The notes beneath the pieces were generated by a model. It had not been told where the DNA came from and ran no database searches. It was given only the letters and a program-made list of their open reading frames with translations. This document shows positions 20,807 to 31,110 of a stretch of 64,000 bases of DNA, piece by piece. Location of the stretch: assembly GCA_951813565.1 (NCBI GenBank), contig OX638351.1, positions 2,880,001 to 2,944,000 on the forward strand. Reading direction: 5' to 3'. Position numbers and translations under genes: made by a program. Position 1 is the stretch's first letter. Each line of letters begins with the position of its first letter. This stretch comes from an uncultured Poribacteria bacterium. Its GTDB lineage: Bacteria; Poribacteria; WGA-4E; WGA-3G.

Positions 20807-21946
20807 TCAATTGATTGCATTGCTGGATGCGTCCTTTTTCCATCTTTCCAGCGGATGCTCGCGTGGTGTTAAGGGCATGGACACCCGACCCTTTTGCCGA
20901 TGCGATTCCCACGTTGCATGAATCATTTCAAGACAATCGCGACCGTCTCTACCACTTGCGAACGGTTCTCGGTCTTCTTCAATCGCTTCCATGAGATCGC
21001 GCAGCATGAGACGTTGCAAAAACAACCTTCTGGAACCTTGGTCCCGTTGATTCCCTTTCTCATCAATGTCTTCATCAGGCAGATGCACCGGTTCCCACGC
21101 TTGTGCGGGTGTTTGATGTTGTCCTCTATAGATGAACATTGTTGTGCCAACGCTCTCTCGGATAGCGATACGTCCTTCAGTGCCGATAATATCTATGCCG
21201 TAGGCGTTATCATTGGTTTGGGGTTGCGCAAGGAATTGCACATCTGCATGGATACCGTTCTTAAACCGAAAGGAGACATGACCACGTTCACCCAGCACCA
21301 GTCCAGAATCGCGGTCGTGAGGGTGTACTTCTTGTGTATGTTTGATGTCATCAAAGACTGATTCGCGTCCATCCATCTGCACGAGATGTGCGTGTGTCCA
21401 TTCCACATCACCACCAAAAAGTCGCACCCAATCGTAAAGATGTGTTCCCATTTCCATCAGTGAGTTGCCTGCTTTACGTCCGCCTTTGTCGGTTGCCTTC
21501 ATCAAGACAACATCCCCAATTTCCCCTTTTTCAATCAAGGAAAGGACATAACGATTGTAGAGACTAGCGCGTTTGATATGGTTAATGGCAAACTTGACGT
21601 GATACTTGTCGCAGGTTTCGACCATTTCATCGGCTTGAATGAGGTTGAGCGCAATCGGTTTTTCACAGAAGACATGGATACCGCGTTTTGCTGCTGCAAT
21701 CGTTGGAGGGTAGTGCATCGGTGCTTGTGTTGGCACAATAACGATATCCGGTTTTTGTTCATCAAGCATCTTTTCATAATCATCATAGATGGCTTTGACA
21801 CCGAATCGTTCACCCCATGCTTTCGCTCGTTCTGGGTTGATTTCTGCGCCTGCCACAAGTTCACAGTTTGTCTCTAACGCTGCTGCCTGGGCATGATGAC
21901 CCCCCATACCTCCCAAGCCAATAATCGCAATACGGTATTTTTTCAT
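20807..21946 (-). CDS. Gfo/Idh/MocA family oxidoreductase
   Basis: 'IAIIGLGGMG', 'FCEKP', 'EMGTH'; start moved to the ATG after GGAG. Confidence 0.92.
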   Translation of the reverse strand: MKKYRIAIIGLGGMGGHHAQAAALETNCELVAGAEINPERAKAWGERFGVKAIYDDYEKMLDEQKPDIVIVPTQAPMHYPPTIAAAKRGIHVFCEKPIALNLIQADEMVETCDKYHVKFAINHIKRASLYNRYVLSLIEKGEIGDVVLMKATDKGGRKAGNSLMEMGTHLYDWVRLFGGDVEWTHAHLVQMDGRESVFDDIKHTQEVHPHDRDSGLVLGERGHVSFRFKNGIHADVQFLAQPQTNDNAYGIDIIGTEGRIAIRESVGTTMFIYRGQHQTPAQAWEPVHLPDEDIDEKGNQRDQGSRRLFLQRLMLRDLMEAIEEDREPFASGRDGRDCLEMIHATWESHRQKGRVSMPLTPREHPLERWKKDASSNAIN

Positions 21947-22075
21947 GCATGTCTCCGAAGTTGACAAAAAATCCTCGTTTGCGATTATCATATCAACATC
22001 AGAACGATAGTGCAATAAAAAACGGTACGGTTGTAGCACCGTACCGAATTAATATCGTAGCATGGATTTGTAAAA

Positions 22076-23086
22076 TTACCGGCTTTTCACATTTGCCCAA
22101 GTTGTTGTCAACTTATTTGTATCTGGGGTAACATCGTAAACGCCTTCGGTATCTAAAGCGATGCTAGACACCCCTTTCAATTCCGTCAGAATATCTGTAA
22201 CATTTGTTCCATCAAGGTTTGCCCGTTGAATTTTACCCGTATGTATTATTTTCCCATTCTGCTTTTGTGTATCCCTTTCTACCCAGTACATTTTCTGTGA
22301 ACGGAGGTCTAATGCAATATTATTTGGAAAACTCAACTCTTCTAATAGGGTTTCAGTATTATCGCCATCAAATGATGTCCTTCTAATCTGGTTTAAGGAG
22401 ATGTGGGTCCAATACACCTTGCGGTTGTGTAGGTCAAGCGCAAGCCCGACGTGATGAATTATACTAATACCAAGTTTTTCGTAATTAGAACCGTCAAAGT
22501 TCACACGGGCGATATTATCATTTAAAGAGTCTACAAAATACATCTTACCCTCCTTCACATCAAGTCGGATATTCTCGGCATCAACTCTTGGTCCAAATAC
22601 GGCGCCCTCCACAGGCTTAATTATAATGTCCTCAATATTGGAACCGTCATTATCTGCCCGCGAAATTCCCCATGGTGCTATCCAATTACCCCAATATATT
22701 TTACTTGCATTGGTGTCTATGGCGATGCAGACGGGAGAATGTAGGCGTTTTTTCTGTTCTGCAATCTGTGCTTCGCGATTGAAAATCACTTCAATATTTG
22801 ACCCATCAAGGTTTGCACGGTATATTTTTGAGTGGTCAAAGTTATAGGTAACCCAGTCCATCTTACGGTTGCGTATGTCCAAGGCAATATCTCTCGGCGA
22901 CTCCAATTCTGTTAAGATGTCTTCCACATTGGACCCATCGAGGTTTGCCCGTCTGATTTTATCTGATTCTGTCCAATATATCTTGGCACTTCCTTGCCCG
23001 TAACTTAGACCATGGACAACAGTAGTCAGCAAAATCGTAACCAAAATAAATACAATCCATTTTTGCGCTAAAACCCGATTTTTCAT
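22076..23086 (-). CDS. Secreted YWTD (LDL-receptor class B) propeller protein, paralog 1
   Basis: 'KIYWT...RANLDGSN' repeats; tail 'KLTTTWANVKSR'. Confidence 0.9.
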   Translation of the reverse strand: MKNRVLAQKWIVFILVTILLTTVVHGLSYGQGSAKIYWTESDKIRRANLDGSNVEDILTELESPRDIALDIRNRKMDWVTYNFDHSKIYRANLDGSNIEVIFNREAQIAEQKKRLHSPVCIAIDTNASKIYWGNWIAPWGISRADNDGSNIEDIIIKPVEGAVFGPRVDAENIRLDVKEGKMYFVDSLNDNIARVNFDGSNYEKLGISIIHHVGLALDLHNRKVYWTHISLNQIRRTSFDGDNTETLLEELSFPNNIALDLRSQKMYWVERDTQKQNGKIIHTGKIQRANLDGTNVTDILTELKGVSSIALDTEGVYDVTPDTNKLTTTWANVKSR

Positions 23087-23158
23087 GTCAGTACTTCTGC
23101 TTTGTAAACACTACTGGCTTTTCATATTTGCCCAAGTCGTTGTCAACTTATCTGTATC
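22877..23158. repeat. 282-bp direct repeat, copy 1
   Basis: One mismatch versus 23897-24178; period 1020 bp. Confidence 0.9.
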
Positions 23159-24106
23159 AGGAGTAACATCGTAAACTCCCTCGGTGTCCAAAGCGATACC
23201 GCGAACAGTGTTTAATCCTGAAAAAATAGTTGTAACATTTGTTCCATCAAGGTTTGCACGCTGGATTTTACTCTTAATTGTTTTCCAATTCGTTTCTACC
23301 CAGTACATTTTCTGTGAACGGAGGTCTAATGCAATATCGGTTGGTCTGTTTAATTCGGTCAAAAGGGTTTCAACATTGTTACCATTAAGAAAGGACCGTT
23401 CAATTCTGTCAAGGAAGGGATCAGTCCAATATACGTGGCGATTGCGTAGGTCAAGTGCGAGTCCAAGTGGAGCAGGTGTAGTACCGAGTTCTTCATAATT
23501 AGATCCGTCAAGGTTTGCGCGCCCGATATTATCATTAAACGAATCTGCCCAATACATTTTCCCTGATTTCAGGTCAAGTTCAATGCTCTCAGCATCAACT
23601 ATTCGTCCAAATATAGCACCAGCACCATCCAAAGGTTTGATTTTTATATCTTCAATATTGGATCCGTCATTATCTGCCCGCGAAATTCCCCATAGCCCAC
23701 GCCAATTACCCCAATATATTTTACTTGCCTTGGTGTCTATAGCGATGCAGCCGGGAGAATGTAAATGTTTATTTTGTTTTACATTCTGTTCTTCCCGATT
23801 GAAAATTACTTCCATATTTGATCCATCAAGGTTTGCACGGGATATTTTGGGGGTGTCAGAGAAAGTTTTTACCCAATACATCTTTCGGTTATGCAGGTCC
23901 AAGGCAATATCTCTCGGCGACTCCAATTCTGTTAAGATGTCTTCCACATTGGACCCATCGAGGTTTGCCCGCCTGATTTTATCTGATTCTGTCCAATATA
24001 TCTTGGCACTTCCTTGCCCGTAACTTAGACCATGGACAACAGTAGTCAGCAAAATCGTAACCAAAATAAATACAATCCATTTTTGCGCTAAAACCCGATT
24101 TTTCAT
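23111..24106 (-). CDS. Secreted YWTD propeller protein, paralog 2
   Basis: N-terminal ~70 aa identical to paralog 1; tail 'KLTTTWANMKSQ'. Confidence 0.9.
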   Translation of the reverse strand: MKNRVLAQKWIVFILVTILLTTVVHGLSYGQGSAKIYWTESDKIRRANLDGSNVEDILTELESPRDIALDLHNRKMYWVKTFSDTPKISRANLDGSNMEVIFNREEQNVKQNKHLHSPGCIAIDTKASKIYWGNWRGLWGISRADNDGSNIEDIKIKPLDGAGAIFGRIVDAESIELDLKSGKMYWADSFNDNIGRANLDGSNYEELGTTPAPLGLALDLRNRHVYWTDPFLDRIERSFLNGNNVETLLTELNRPTDIALDLRSQKMYWVETNWKTIKSKIQRANLDGTNVTTIFSGLNTVRGIALDTEGVYDVTPDTDKLTTTWANMKSQ

Positions 24107-24178
24107 GTCAGTACTTCTGCTTTGTAAACACTACTGGCTTTTCATATTTGCCCAAGTCGTTGTCAACTTATCTGTATC
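23897..24178. repeat. 282-bp direct repeat, copy 2
   Basis: Matches 22877-23158. Confidence 0.9.
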
Positions 24179-25222
24179 GGAAGAAACATCGTAAAATCCG
24201 TTAGGGTCCAAAGCGATATCCGATGGATAATCCAATCCCGTAAGAATATCTCGGACATTGGAACCATCAAGGTTTGCACGTTGCATCTTGCCTATATCTG
24301 TATCCAAATCTATATCTATCCAGTACATCTTACGTGCTCGTATATCTAAGACAATGTCGGATGGAAAACGTAATCCTGTGACGAGTTCTTCAACCTTATT
24401 ACCATTAAGAAATGCGCGCTGAATTTTCCCTGTAACAGTGTTTGTCCAGTACATCTGACGCGCGCTCATGTCCAATGCTAAACCGTATGCTGTACGCATA
24501 TCCGTAACAAGGTCCTCAGCGTCAGAACCGTCAAAGTTTGCACGTTGGATTTTACGACCGTATGCGTCAGTCCAGTAAATTTTACCTGCTTCTAAATCCA
24601 ATTCAATACTCAGGGGCTGAAGCCACTGTTTAAACTTAATTTCAAAAGGCAAAATCCGTTCTTTAATAATAATATCTTCAATATCAGATCCGTCAAAGTT
24701 CGCACGCTGAAATATATCTAAGTGTCCGTTTCCCCAATATATTTTGTTTGCATCGGAATCTATGGCAATGCAGTTTGGGTCAATTAACTGTTCGTGCGTT
24801 AGATTAATCGGGGCTCCATCTTTTGGGGTCGCCGTGCCCTCACATTTCCAATTGCGGCATCGAATACTCATCCCTCCTCCTCCAGGTGGTAGATCATATC
24901 CTGTGACGATGTTTTCGACATTCGAACCATCAAGGTTCGAACGTTGGATTTTAGCTGTGTAGTTTTCCGACCAATATATCTTACGGTTGCGTAAATCCAA
25001 AGCAAAATCTACTATCGGTGGTATATCCGTTAAAACGTTCTCAGCGGAGGACCCGTTAAGGTTAGCACGTCTAATTTTACCCTTTTTGGTGTCTGAATCA
25101 AATTCTGTCCAGTATATCTTTCCTCTTCCCTGTCCGTAACTGGGACTTTGGACAGTAGATATGAGCAAAAACACTACCAAAATAAATGCAATTCGCTTTA
25201 GTGTTGAGATCAGATTATTCAT
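24131..25222 (-). CDS. Secreted YWTD propeller protein, paralog 3
   Basis: YWTD repeats; start moved to MNNLIS after GGAG; tail shared with paralog 2. Confidence 0.88.
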   Translation of the reverse strand: MNNLISTLKRIAFILVVFLLISTVQSPSYGQGRGKIYWTEFDSDTKKGKIRRANLNGSSAENVLTDIPPIVDFALDLRNRKIYWSENYTAKIQRSNLDGSNVENIVTGYDLPPGGGGMSIRCRNWKCEGTATPKDGAPINLTHEQLIDPNCIAIDSDANKIYWGNGHLDIFQRANFDGSDIEDIIIKERILPFEIKFKQWLQPLSIELDLEAGKIYWTDAYGRKIQRANFDGSDAEDLVTDMRTAYGLALDMSARQMYWTNTVTGKIQRAFLNGNKVEELVTGLRFPSDIVLDIRARKMYWIDIDLDTDIGKMQRANLDGSNVRDILTGLDYPSDIALDPNGFYDVSSDTDKLTTTWANMKSQ

Positions 25223-25268
25223 ATCATTGACTCCTAATATGTGAGAGTTTGCAACTTCGTCAACCTTC

Positions 25269-27551
25269 TCATTTCCTGATAAGCATTTTGCGTGTGGCAG
25301 AGAAGTCGCCAGCATTGATAGTATAGAGATAAATGCCACTACTGACCGCCTCGCCCTCATCATTGTGTCCATCCCAGTGCACTGCTTGCGCTTGTGAGGA
25401 ATAATCCCCGGCTGACATGATTCCCGGTGAAAGAGATCGCACCAACTTGCCGGTTGGGGTATAGATACGAATTGTTACATCACTCTTGTCCGCAAGTTTG
25501 AATGGAATCCATGTTTCTGGGTTGAATGGGTTAGGGAAGTTCTGTAGCAGTTGGTTTTTCTTTATCTGTCCGAGTGTGACATATTTTTTGCCTTTAGGTT
25601 CAACAGGATAGGGTAGAAAAGAAAGCAGTTCTTTTATATCCCAAACCATGTATTGACCACTCCTATCAGGCGATAACAGAACAGAACCATCTTTACTGAG
25701 AACAGATATTCCTGGAAAAGGTGTATGTTTGACAGGCCTGTTTCTTTGCCAGTCCCAGATTTGGAAGTTATTGTCTTGATTTGCAAAGAGATAACGACCA
25801 TCTGGGCTAAATTGCACCGGGTCATCTCCATCAAACGCAGTTAAATGTTGTAACCCATTTAACAGAACTTTCCAAATGTGGATTTCTCTACCTCCGTAAG
25901 CTGCTAACACTATTGAACCATCTCCTCCTATAGAAAAGGCAGGTGATGAATAAATTCTTGGAACTTGTGATACATATTGAAGGATAAATGTCTCGTGTTC
26001 GCGTTTCCAAAGTGCAATCCAGTATTTATATGTATTGTTTTTCCCAGTGCGACAGGAAGCTGCCAAATATTTATCATTTTCACTGAAGGCAATATCTTGA
26101 AAGTCGGGTGAATCATTTTCAATTTTTGTGTTGACTTTCTGGATTTTATCGGGATTATTTGTGTCTAAAAACAACAGATCATTCCAATCATTCACCACTG
26201 CGAGCCATTTTCCAGAGGGGCTAAAGGCGATTTCCAGAGCACCTGAAACGTAATGCGGAAATTGAATTTTCACTCTACCGCTCTGAATGTCGCGTAGCTC
26301 AACCCATGGATCCTTGCCAACAGCGAATGTTTTATTATCTGGAGAGATCGCTAAACCATCAAATGCATAGCCTTCGGAGGGAACAAGTGCTTGCATTTGC
26401 TGTGAAGTTACATCCCATGTCTTAATGAATGACCATGATACTGTAACTAAGGATTTTCCATCAGGACTCAATGCAACATCATAAATGAACCGGTTTCTGA
26501 CATAGTCTGCCCACACATCGTGCTCTCGATTATTAGCGATATCCCACACTACATCACCATCCCAATATTCTAAGATTGCTGTTTTCTCATTTGGAGAAAG
26601 TATAATTGATTCTAAAAAACGAAAATCAGTGCTGAAAGTATCTGTTTTTTCTCCAGACATAACATCCCAGACGCGCACTTTGTCATCCCAACCAGTATAG
26701 GGAGTAGCCCCAGACCGATGCAATCCAGCTGTACTTGTGCCAACATACAGGCGTTGACTATCTGGACTGAATACCACATTTGAAATCCTACCAATACCAC
26801 TTGTCCGATGCCATAACTTTTGGCGTGTTTCAACATCCCATAGATGTACTAAGGTTGAATCGTATTCAAATGCTGCTACCATCTTACCATTAGGACTGAG
26901 AGCCATATCTTCAATCCTGTCAAGATTCTGTTCAGCAAAATTTCCTTGTAAGATCTGCGTTTCGACATTCCACAACTCAAGATTATGCTGTGAGGCAACG
27001 ATAAGATGTTCGTCATCAGGAGTAAAAACCATAGAACGAAGAGATGGAAAATTCTCACGTGGCAGTTTTCCAACAGATTCTCCAGTTTTCCAATTCCAAA
27101 AATGTATCCCACTTGGTAAATAGGTCGCTAATATAGGCTGTGTAGGACTAAATGCTGCGTCATTATCATCAATAATTGATGCTATCTTCCATTGCGAAAT
27201 AAGTTGTTGGTGATTGACATCCCAGATATTCACGATGGTCATTTTCGGATCAAAGGAGTGATTCAGAATAGCTAAATGATCAGTATTTGGACTGATTACT
27301 ACATCACTGTAAACTGTTCTTTCACCAAATTCTTCCATTACCTCATTTGTAGTGAAATCAACAATCTGAATGTGTGTAGGAACAACGCGTAAGATCGTTT
27401 CATTGTTCAGAAGCGCATGTTTTTCAGGCAGCGGCTGCCCAATCGTAGCAATAGGTTCAATCGCAAATGCAATATGTGGTATGCAGAAAATGCAAATTAG
27501 TGCGATATGAATCTTCGGGCTTTGTCTAAAATGGGTGGTAAGTGATTTCAT
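25269..27551 (-). CDS. Secreted WD40 propeller protein with a C-terminal FlgD-Ig/T9SS-type-A-like domain
   Basis: 'FSPD...WD' repeats; 'LLQNFPNPFNPETWIPF...WDG...SSGIYLY...TRKMLIRK'. Confidence 0.88.
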   Translation of the reverse strand: MKSLTTHFRQSPKIHIALICIFCIPHIAFAIEPIATIGQPLPEKHALLNNETILRVVPTHIQIVDFTTNEVMEEFGERTVYSDVVISPNTDHLAILNHSFDPKMTIVNIWDVNHQQLISQWKIASIIDDNDAAFSPTQPILATYLPSGIHFWNWKTGESVGKLPRENFPSLRSMVFTPDDEHLIVASQHNLELWNVETQILQGNFAEQNLDRIEDMALSPNGKMVAAFEYDSTLVHLWDVETRQKLWHRTSGIGRISNVVFSPDSQRLYVGTSTAGLHRSGATPYTGWDDKVRVWDVMSGEKTDTFSTDFRFLESIILSPNEKTAILEYWDGDVVWDIANNREHDVWADYVRNRFIYDVALSPDGKSLVTVSWSFIKTWDVTSQQMQALVPSEGYAFDGLAISPDNKTFAVGKDPWVELRDIQSGRVKIQFPHYVSGALEIAFSPSGKWLAVVNDWNDLLFLDTNNPDKIQKVNTKIENDSPDFQDIAFSENDKYLAASCRTGKNNTYKYWIALWKREHETFILQYVSQVPRIYSSPAFSIGGDGSIVLAAYGGREIHIWKVLLNGLQHLTAFDGDDPVQFSPDGRYLFANQDNNFQIWDWQRNRPVKHTPFPGISVLSKDGSVLLSPDRSGQYMVWDIKELLSFLPYPVEPKGKKYVTLGQIKKNQLLQNFPNPFNPETWIPFKLADKSDVTIRIYTPTGKLVRSLSPGIMSAGDYSSQAQAVHWDGHNDEGEAVSSGIYLYTINAGDFSATRKMLIRK

Positions 27552-27647
27552 GACAAGTCTCCTATTTCTTATAGATGAACATTTTCACTGTCCAAAGATC
27601 GTTTACATTGAAAATTCACTGAATTATATTATTCTCATGGTTGACAT

Positions 27648-30600
27648 TTAGAAACCTATCATCGCTCGCACATACGTTATATTACTAATCGTATTCTGGA
27701 ATAAGTGAGTGGTTCTACGGTGACCCGCGAGAATGACGATATAGAAGCCGCGCCACTCACCTTGATTGATAGCTTGAATTTCCAAAATACGAGTTCGCAA
27801 GTCAGGACGGTATAGGATTGGAACGCTGACGTCAGATGAGAAATTTCGCAAGTAGTTCTTGAAGTTATTATCCCGGTTCGTAAACTTCCTATATTGGAAT
27901 CCTCCAAGGATATTTACGCTCGGGGCAAACTGGTAATCAAGCCGGACACCGAGTATATCCTCTCGACTTCGACGATTGAATCGCAAATATTCAAACGGTT
28001 GGTCGTCGGTTGGGAGAAACAATACTGGGTTGAGCATTTTTGGAATTTCATCTGCCGTTCGGTCAAAAGCTCGGTCCCAGACATACTTAACCATAGGTGT
28101 TAGTGCGAAATCTTCAGCATATCTGTTAACAAATGGGAGATTCCCCAGTGGTATTTCGTAACTCGCCTTCAGAATGGTTAATTGATTACGAATGTTTCGT
28201 TCGGCGTAACGGCGTTTTTTCCAGTTTGCATCGTCATAGATTAAACCGGTGTCAGTTGGGTCATGCGCATTAATTCCATGATCAGGATAGAACGGATATT
28301 CTCGTCTTTGCCCGGAGGTCCGAACCTGTTCAATGGGCACCATAAAGTCAACGCGTTCATCAGGTTCAAAGTTCTGCGATGCCGGGTCGTATTCAACATC
28401 CGTGAAAAGTGCCCTTTCTTTATCCTGTTCAAACTGTTTTTGCATGACAACCAGACATTTAGCTTCGAGTGTCAAGTTTGGTACTGCAGTATAAAGCCAT
28501 TGGAGCGTTGTTGTATTTGAACGTGCGTTGTAGAAATCAAGTTCATCATTAATGTGAATCGGTTCCAATTCTCCAACAGGCAATATAATTGTGTAATCCG
28601 GAATATCGTCCTGCACACGGACAAATTGATTTTGGAAGAGAATGCTGCCAAAATCGGGAATGTCGCGCTTATAAGTGACATATATGTATTTGGAGTTATT
28701 CTTACGCCTGCTTGAAATTTCGCTTTCGTTTAACCAACCAACTTGGACAGACAAGTTAGCAAGCACGTCATATTCCGCTTTGAGGTGATACCCTTGACGG
28801 TCTATCCCATATTCGTATTGTGGTTCAAAATCATCTTCAATAGTATCAATAGTACCGTTATTATTCAGATCAAGAAGATTGTTAAAAACAGGTGGGTCAG
28901 CATAAAAAATAAGAAAATCTTCTTGAAAGTCTAATATCCCATTCTGATCTCGGTCATCAGCACGTGGAATAACCCCGTCAAAGTCGTCATCATCGGGCCA
29001 ATCATCGCCATCATCGTCATCTTCAATGAGTATGTAATTGAAAGCGTCCCATGGAACAAGTTCTTCAAGCATTTCGTCATCCAAAGCTCTATTGAATATG
29101 CCTTTTTCAAGTTTGAAAATTTCACCGCGGTCTGGTTGTGCACCGAAATTCATGTAGTTGGTTGTGTAGCCTGGATCAATATGATACAAAACACCTTCTA
29201 AGTGGAGTTTTTCAAAGCGTGACTCAAGTTGGACGAACCATGCTTTTTCTCTGCCAAGTTTTCCGTTGCCATCTTCATCTGTTCCGTCCCCGCCTAAAAA
29301 AACTTCAAATCGTTCGCCTTCGGTTTCCGAATAAGTCGGGATGCCATTTGTGTCTACAGGCAGTCCAGTCCTGCGATCAATAGAAACACCGGATAGTTCT
29401 TCACCATTGGGGGTTTTAACAGTGGTTTGGGTTCGACTAAATCCTACTTTATCTTTCGGGATTGTAGGATACTGTTTGTATTTACCGTTTATAGAGTATT
29501 GTACCCTGACGCGAACATTACCGATAGTCCCTTCAAGGTCAATTCCGTAGAGTGTTGCAGCACGTGCAGCACCATAACGGTATCGGACTTTCCGAGGTCT
29601 CCCTTCACCTTTCCATTCACTGGGGTTGTCTTTAAGTTTTTTCCTGTTTTGGATGTAATCTGGAGATTGCCCGTAATTCCCCGGCGCCTCAATTATGTCG
29701 CGATACGGCATCTGAATGTGGCCATCTTCAGTTTTAATCCACTCTTGTAATTCGGGATTTGACGATGCTTTATTTGCTTCACTGAAACCAATTACAGCAA
29801 TGTTGTAATCACCAGCAACAATCATGTCAAGGACGATAGATTTGACTGTTCTTGGGTCAATGTTAATCTTTTCATCAGTAAGAATAAGGTCAAATTTCAT
29901 TTTATTGAAACCTTCGACTATTTTCCACTTTCCGTCAACAGAATTACGTATCTCGGATGGACCTCCAGCGTGATCAATTGGGACAACTTGGTTGGCATAA
30001 ACTTCAAATTGGCGAGTCTGCTCAGGTAGCAGGGCAGGTTCAATGCCTTCTTCTATGTCTTGAGGGATTAATTCTTCAAGTTCTTGTGTAACGATGGTAA
30101 TCTTCATACTTTTAAAAGCTGCACCGACACCACCTTGGATATTATCGCTATGTACGTCAGGATCATAAGCCTCGAAATCAGTGAATGCACTCGTGTGATT
30201 GTCCTCAGGTGAGTCATCACGGAAAACAATAGAGATTGTTTCAGGCGGTGTATTGGGCACGGTCCCCATTAGCGAATTTATCAGGCGTTCCGGATGTTCT
30301 TTATGCAAATTTACATAAGTATATCCGACTCGGAAATTTTCACCTAAAAGCCCCTGACCGCGAAAGCCGATGAGTCGTGCGTTTTCAATGTTCCTGACGC
30401 CGCTAATTTGGTTCAACCCGTTTCGTCGTCCAAGTTCCAGTCCGAGTCTTTCATTTTGCGCAGGAGCATCTGTTATCCTAACAGGGTTAGAAATACGTGA
30501 GTGAATGAGCGTAAAGAGATGGTGCTCTTGGGCAAAAGAAATATCCCATCGAAGCCCATCAAACTCAGTTTTGTATATAATATATCGGTTTGGAAACAGG

Positions 30601-31004
30601 GAGTCGGGTTTGAATCTTAGATGATCGCCAATAACAAACTCAGTATGTCTGCCGAGAAAGGTCTCTTCAACCAAGATTGTCCGGTCCAGTTGCGCTGTGA
30701 AGCGTAGACTATCAAGCTGACCTCCCCAACCAACAATTAATTTACCATTCTTGTCAAATTCTTTCCGGTCAATATATTTGCTGAGTTCGTTACCTTCCAC
30801 AATTCCTTTACCATACAAATCATAGAAGACTTGTGGTTCTTCTTCTAATTGGAATCTATCAGAGAATTTTTCCTCCGATTCAATTGCAGGTAAGAGGGGT
30901 TCATACGGTCCGAGGCTATCCGCGCCACAACCATAGAACATAGACGCGCTAAGGATGCAAGTCGCTACAAGCAGAGGATAAATCGCTCGTTTTAACTTGT
31001 TCAT
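27648..31004 (-). CDS. Large putative outer-membrane (lipo)protein related to 13512-15464
   Basis: Lipobox-like 'FYGC'; 'DDRDQNGILDFQEDFL', 'DLNNNGTID'; terminal Phe. Confidence 0.7.
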   Translation of the reverse strand: MNKLKRAIYPLLVATCILSASMFYGCGADSLGPYEPLLPAIESEEKFSDRFQLEEEPQVFYDLYGKGIVEGNELSKYIDRKEFDKNGKLIVGWGGQLDSLRFTAQLDRTILVEETFLGRHTEFVIGDHLRFKPDSLFPNRYIIYKTEFDGLRWDISFAQEHHLFTLIHSRISNPVRITDAPAQNERLGLELGRRNGLNQISGVRNIENARLIGFRGQGLLGENFRVGYTYVNLHKEHPERLINSLMGTVPNTPPETISIVFRDDSPEDNHTSAFTDFEAYDPDVHSDNIQGGVGAAFKSMKITIVTQELEELIPQDIEEGIEPALLPEQTRQFEVYANQVVPIDHAGGPSEIRNSVDGKWKIVEGFNKMKFDLILTDEKINIDPRTVKSIVLDMIVAGDYNIAVIGFSEANKASSNPELQEWIKTEDGHIQMPYRDIIEAPGNYGQSPDYIQNRKKLKDNPSEWKGEGRPRKVRYRYGAARAATLYGIDLEGTIGNVRVRVQYSINGKYKQYPTIPKDKVGFSRTQTTVKTPNGEELSGVSIDRRTGLPVDTNGIPTYSETEGERFEVFLGGDGTDEDGNGKLGREKAWFVQLESRFEKLHLEGVLYHIDPGYTTNYMNFGAQPDRGEIFKLEKGIFNRALDDEMLEELVPWDAFNYILIEDDDDGDDWPDDDDFDGVIPRADDRDQNGILDFQEDFLIFYADPPVFNNLLDLNNNGTIDTIEDDFEPQYEYGIDRQGYHLKAEYDVLANLSVQVGWLNESEISSRRKNNSKYIYVTYKRDIPDFGSILFQNQFVRVQDDIPDYTIILPVGELEPIHINDELDFYNARSNTTTLQWLYTAVPNLTLEAKCLVVMQKQFEQDKERALFTDVEYDPASQNFEPDERVDFMVPIEQVRTSGQRREYPFYPDHGINAHDPTDTGLIYDDANWKKRRYAERNIRNQLTILKASYEIPLGNLPFVNRYAEDFALTPMVKYVWDRAFDRTADEIPKMLNPVLFLPTDDQPFEYLRFNRRSREDILGVRLDYQFAPSVNILGGFQYRKFTNRDNNFKNYLRNFSSDVSVPILYRPDLRTRILEIQAINQGEWRGFYIVILAGHRRTTHLFQNTISNITYVRAMIGF

Positions 31005-31110
31005 TAGCTTTGTCCCTCCTTAGCAACGAAGAACTGGGATGTGTCAAAAATTGTGTTGATTTCGTAGGGCAAATTTTCAGTTTGTGGATTTCAGCGCCAA
31101 TTACCAGTTC

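Noticed and set aside
25223..25372. Extended N-termini in the ORF track (also at 19827, 20593, 20912, 22039, 39459)
   Set aside because: They overlap neighbouring genes or promoter/leader regions; downstream starts have better RBSs and domain boundaries
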